Shown here: positions 63,498 to 64,000 of the stretch, one piece after another
Numbering within the stretch: position 1 is the first letter of the stretch
Layout: each line of letters starts with the position of its first letter
Assembly: GCF_006345805.1 (NCBI RefSeq)
Contig: NC_042997.1
Coordinates: forward strand, 42,718,001 to 42,782,000
Source of the DNA: Octopus sinensis
Lineage: Eukaryota
DNA length: 64,000 nucleotides
Direction: 5' to 3'
Notes under the pieces: model-generated
The model's input: only the letters and a program-made list of their open reading frames with translations
What the model was told of the DNA's origin: nothing
Database searches by the model: none
Program-made: the position numbers and the translations under genes

Positions 63498-64000
63498 ATA
63501 AACTTAGAAGTGGAATTGTATGATGATGCAATTAATAAGCTAGGCTACCCAAGAAAATTAAATTATGTATACATGTGTTAGGGTTTACTGGTAGACTTTA
63601 TCTTCGTGTATTGATGGTAAGTTAAGTCTTGGTTAATTCTTCTTCAAGCTGTTTGACAGTGGTCAAATTTCCAGGCATGACAAAGCATAATGGATCCAAC
63701 AAGGAATAGAATCCAAAATAATACCACCAATCAGCAGTACTTATATTGACTTAAATTTATATTTCACCAAAACTCATTACTCTAGAGAAAAAGAAATAAT
63801 TTCTTCCAGTAATTTCATGAACATTGCTCTTAAATCAAACTGTGTTATTTTTTTTCTCTAACAGGATATACATTTTTAATCCATCTGTTGAATTATATAT
63901 AAAGTAGAATTTCAAATTATAATTGCTAATTAGTTAAATAAATTTTATTATGCTTGTCACTAAAATGGTACTATTTCTATTTGGTATATATTAGATAGCT

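Overview
AT-rich, repeat-dense eukaryotic DNA. The SINE and RTE repeat content is typical of an octopus (coleoid cephalopod) genome; this is inferred from the repeat families and the species cannot be determined. The window lies inside one large minus-strand gene. Four phase-compatible exons (53387-53450, 36363-36524, 30229-30338, 20307-20641) splice into an ARHGAP20/TAGAP-like RhoGAP domain, and two further small candidate exons (8902-8979, 838-887) follow. The introns hold: an intact Penelope-like element (775-aa RT + GIY-YIG ORF, 125-bp pseudo-LTRs, a variant hammerhead ribozyme); an internally deleted Helitron and two non-autonomous Helitrons; a full-length decayed mariner; R4/Dong and RTE LINE fragments; three tRNA-SINE families; TTAA MITEs; and two unexplained long palindromes. 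The best leads are the PLE with its CCGAAGA/GUA hammerhead in the host pre-mRNA orientation, and a ~370-bp fold-back element (31381-31750) whose hairpin carries strand-specific G-A pairs and a GCGAAAGC cap. Most short ORFs in the supplied track are repeat-derived noise. All calls are by eye; no searches were run.
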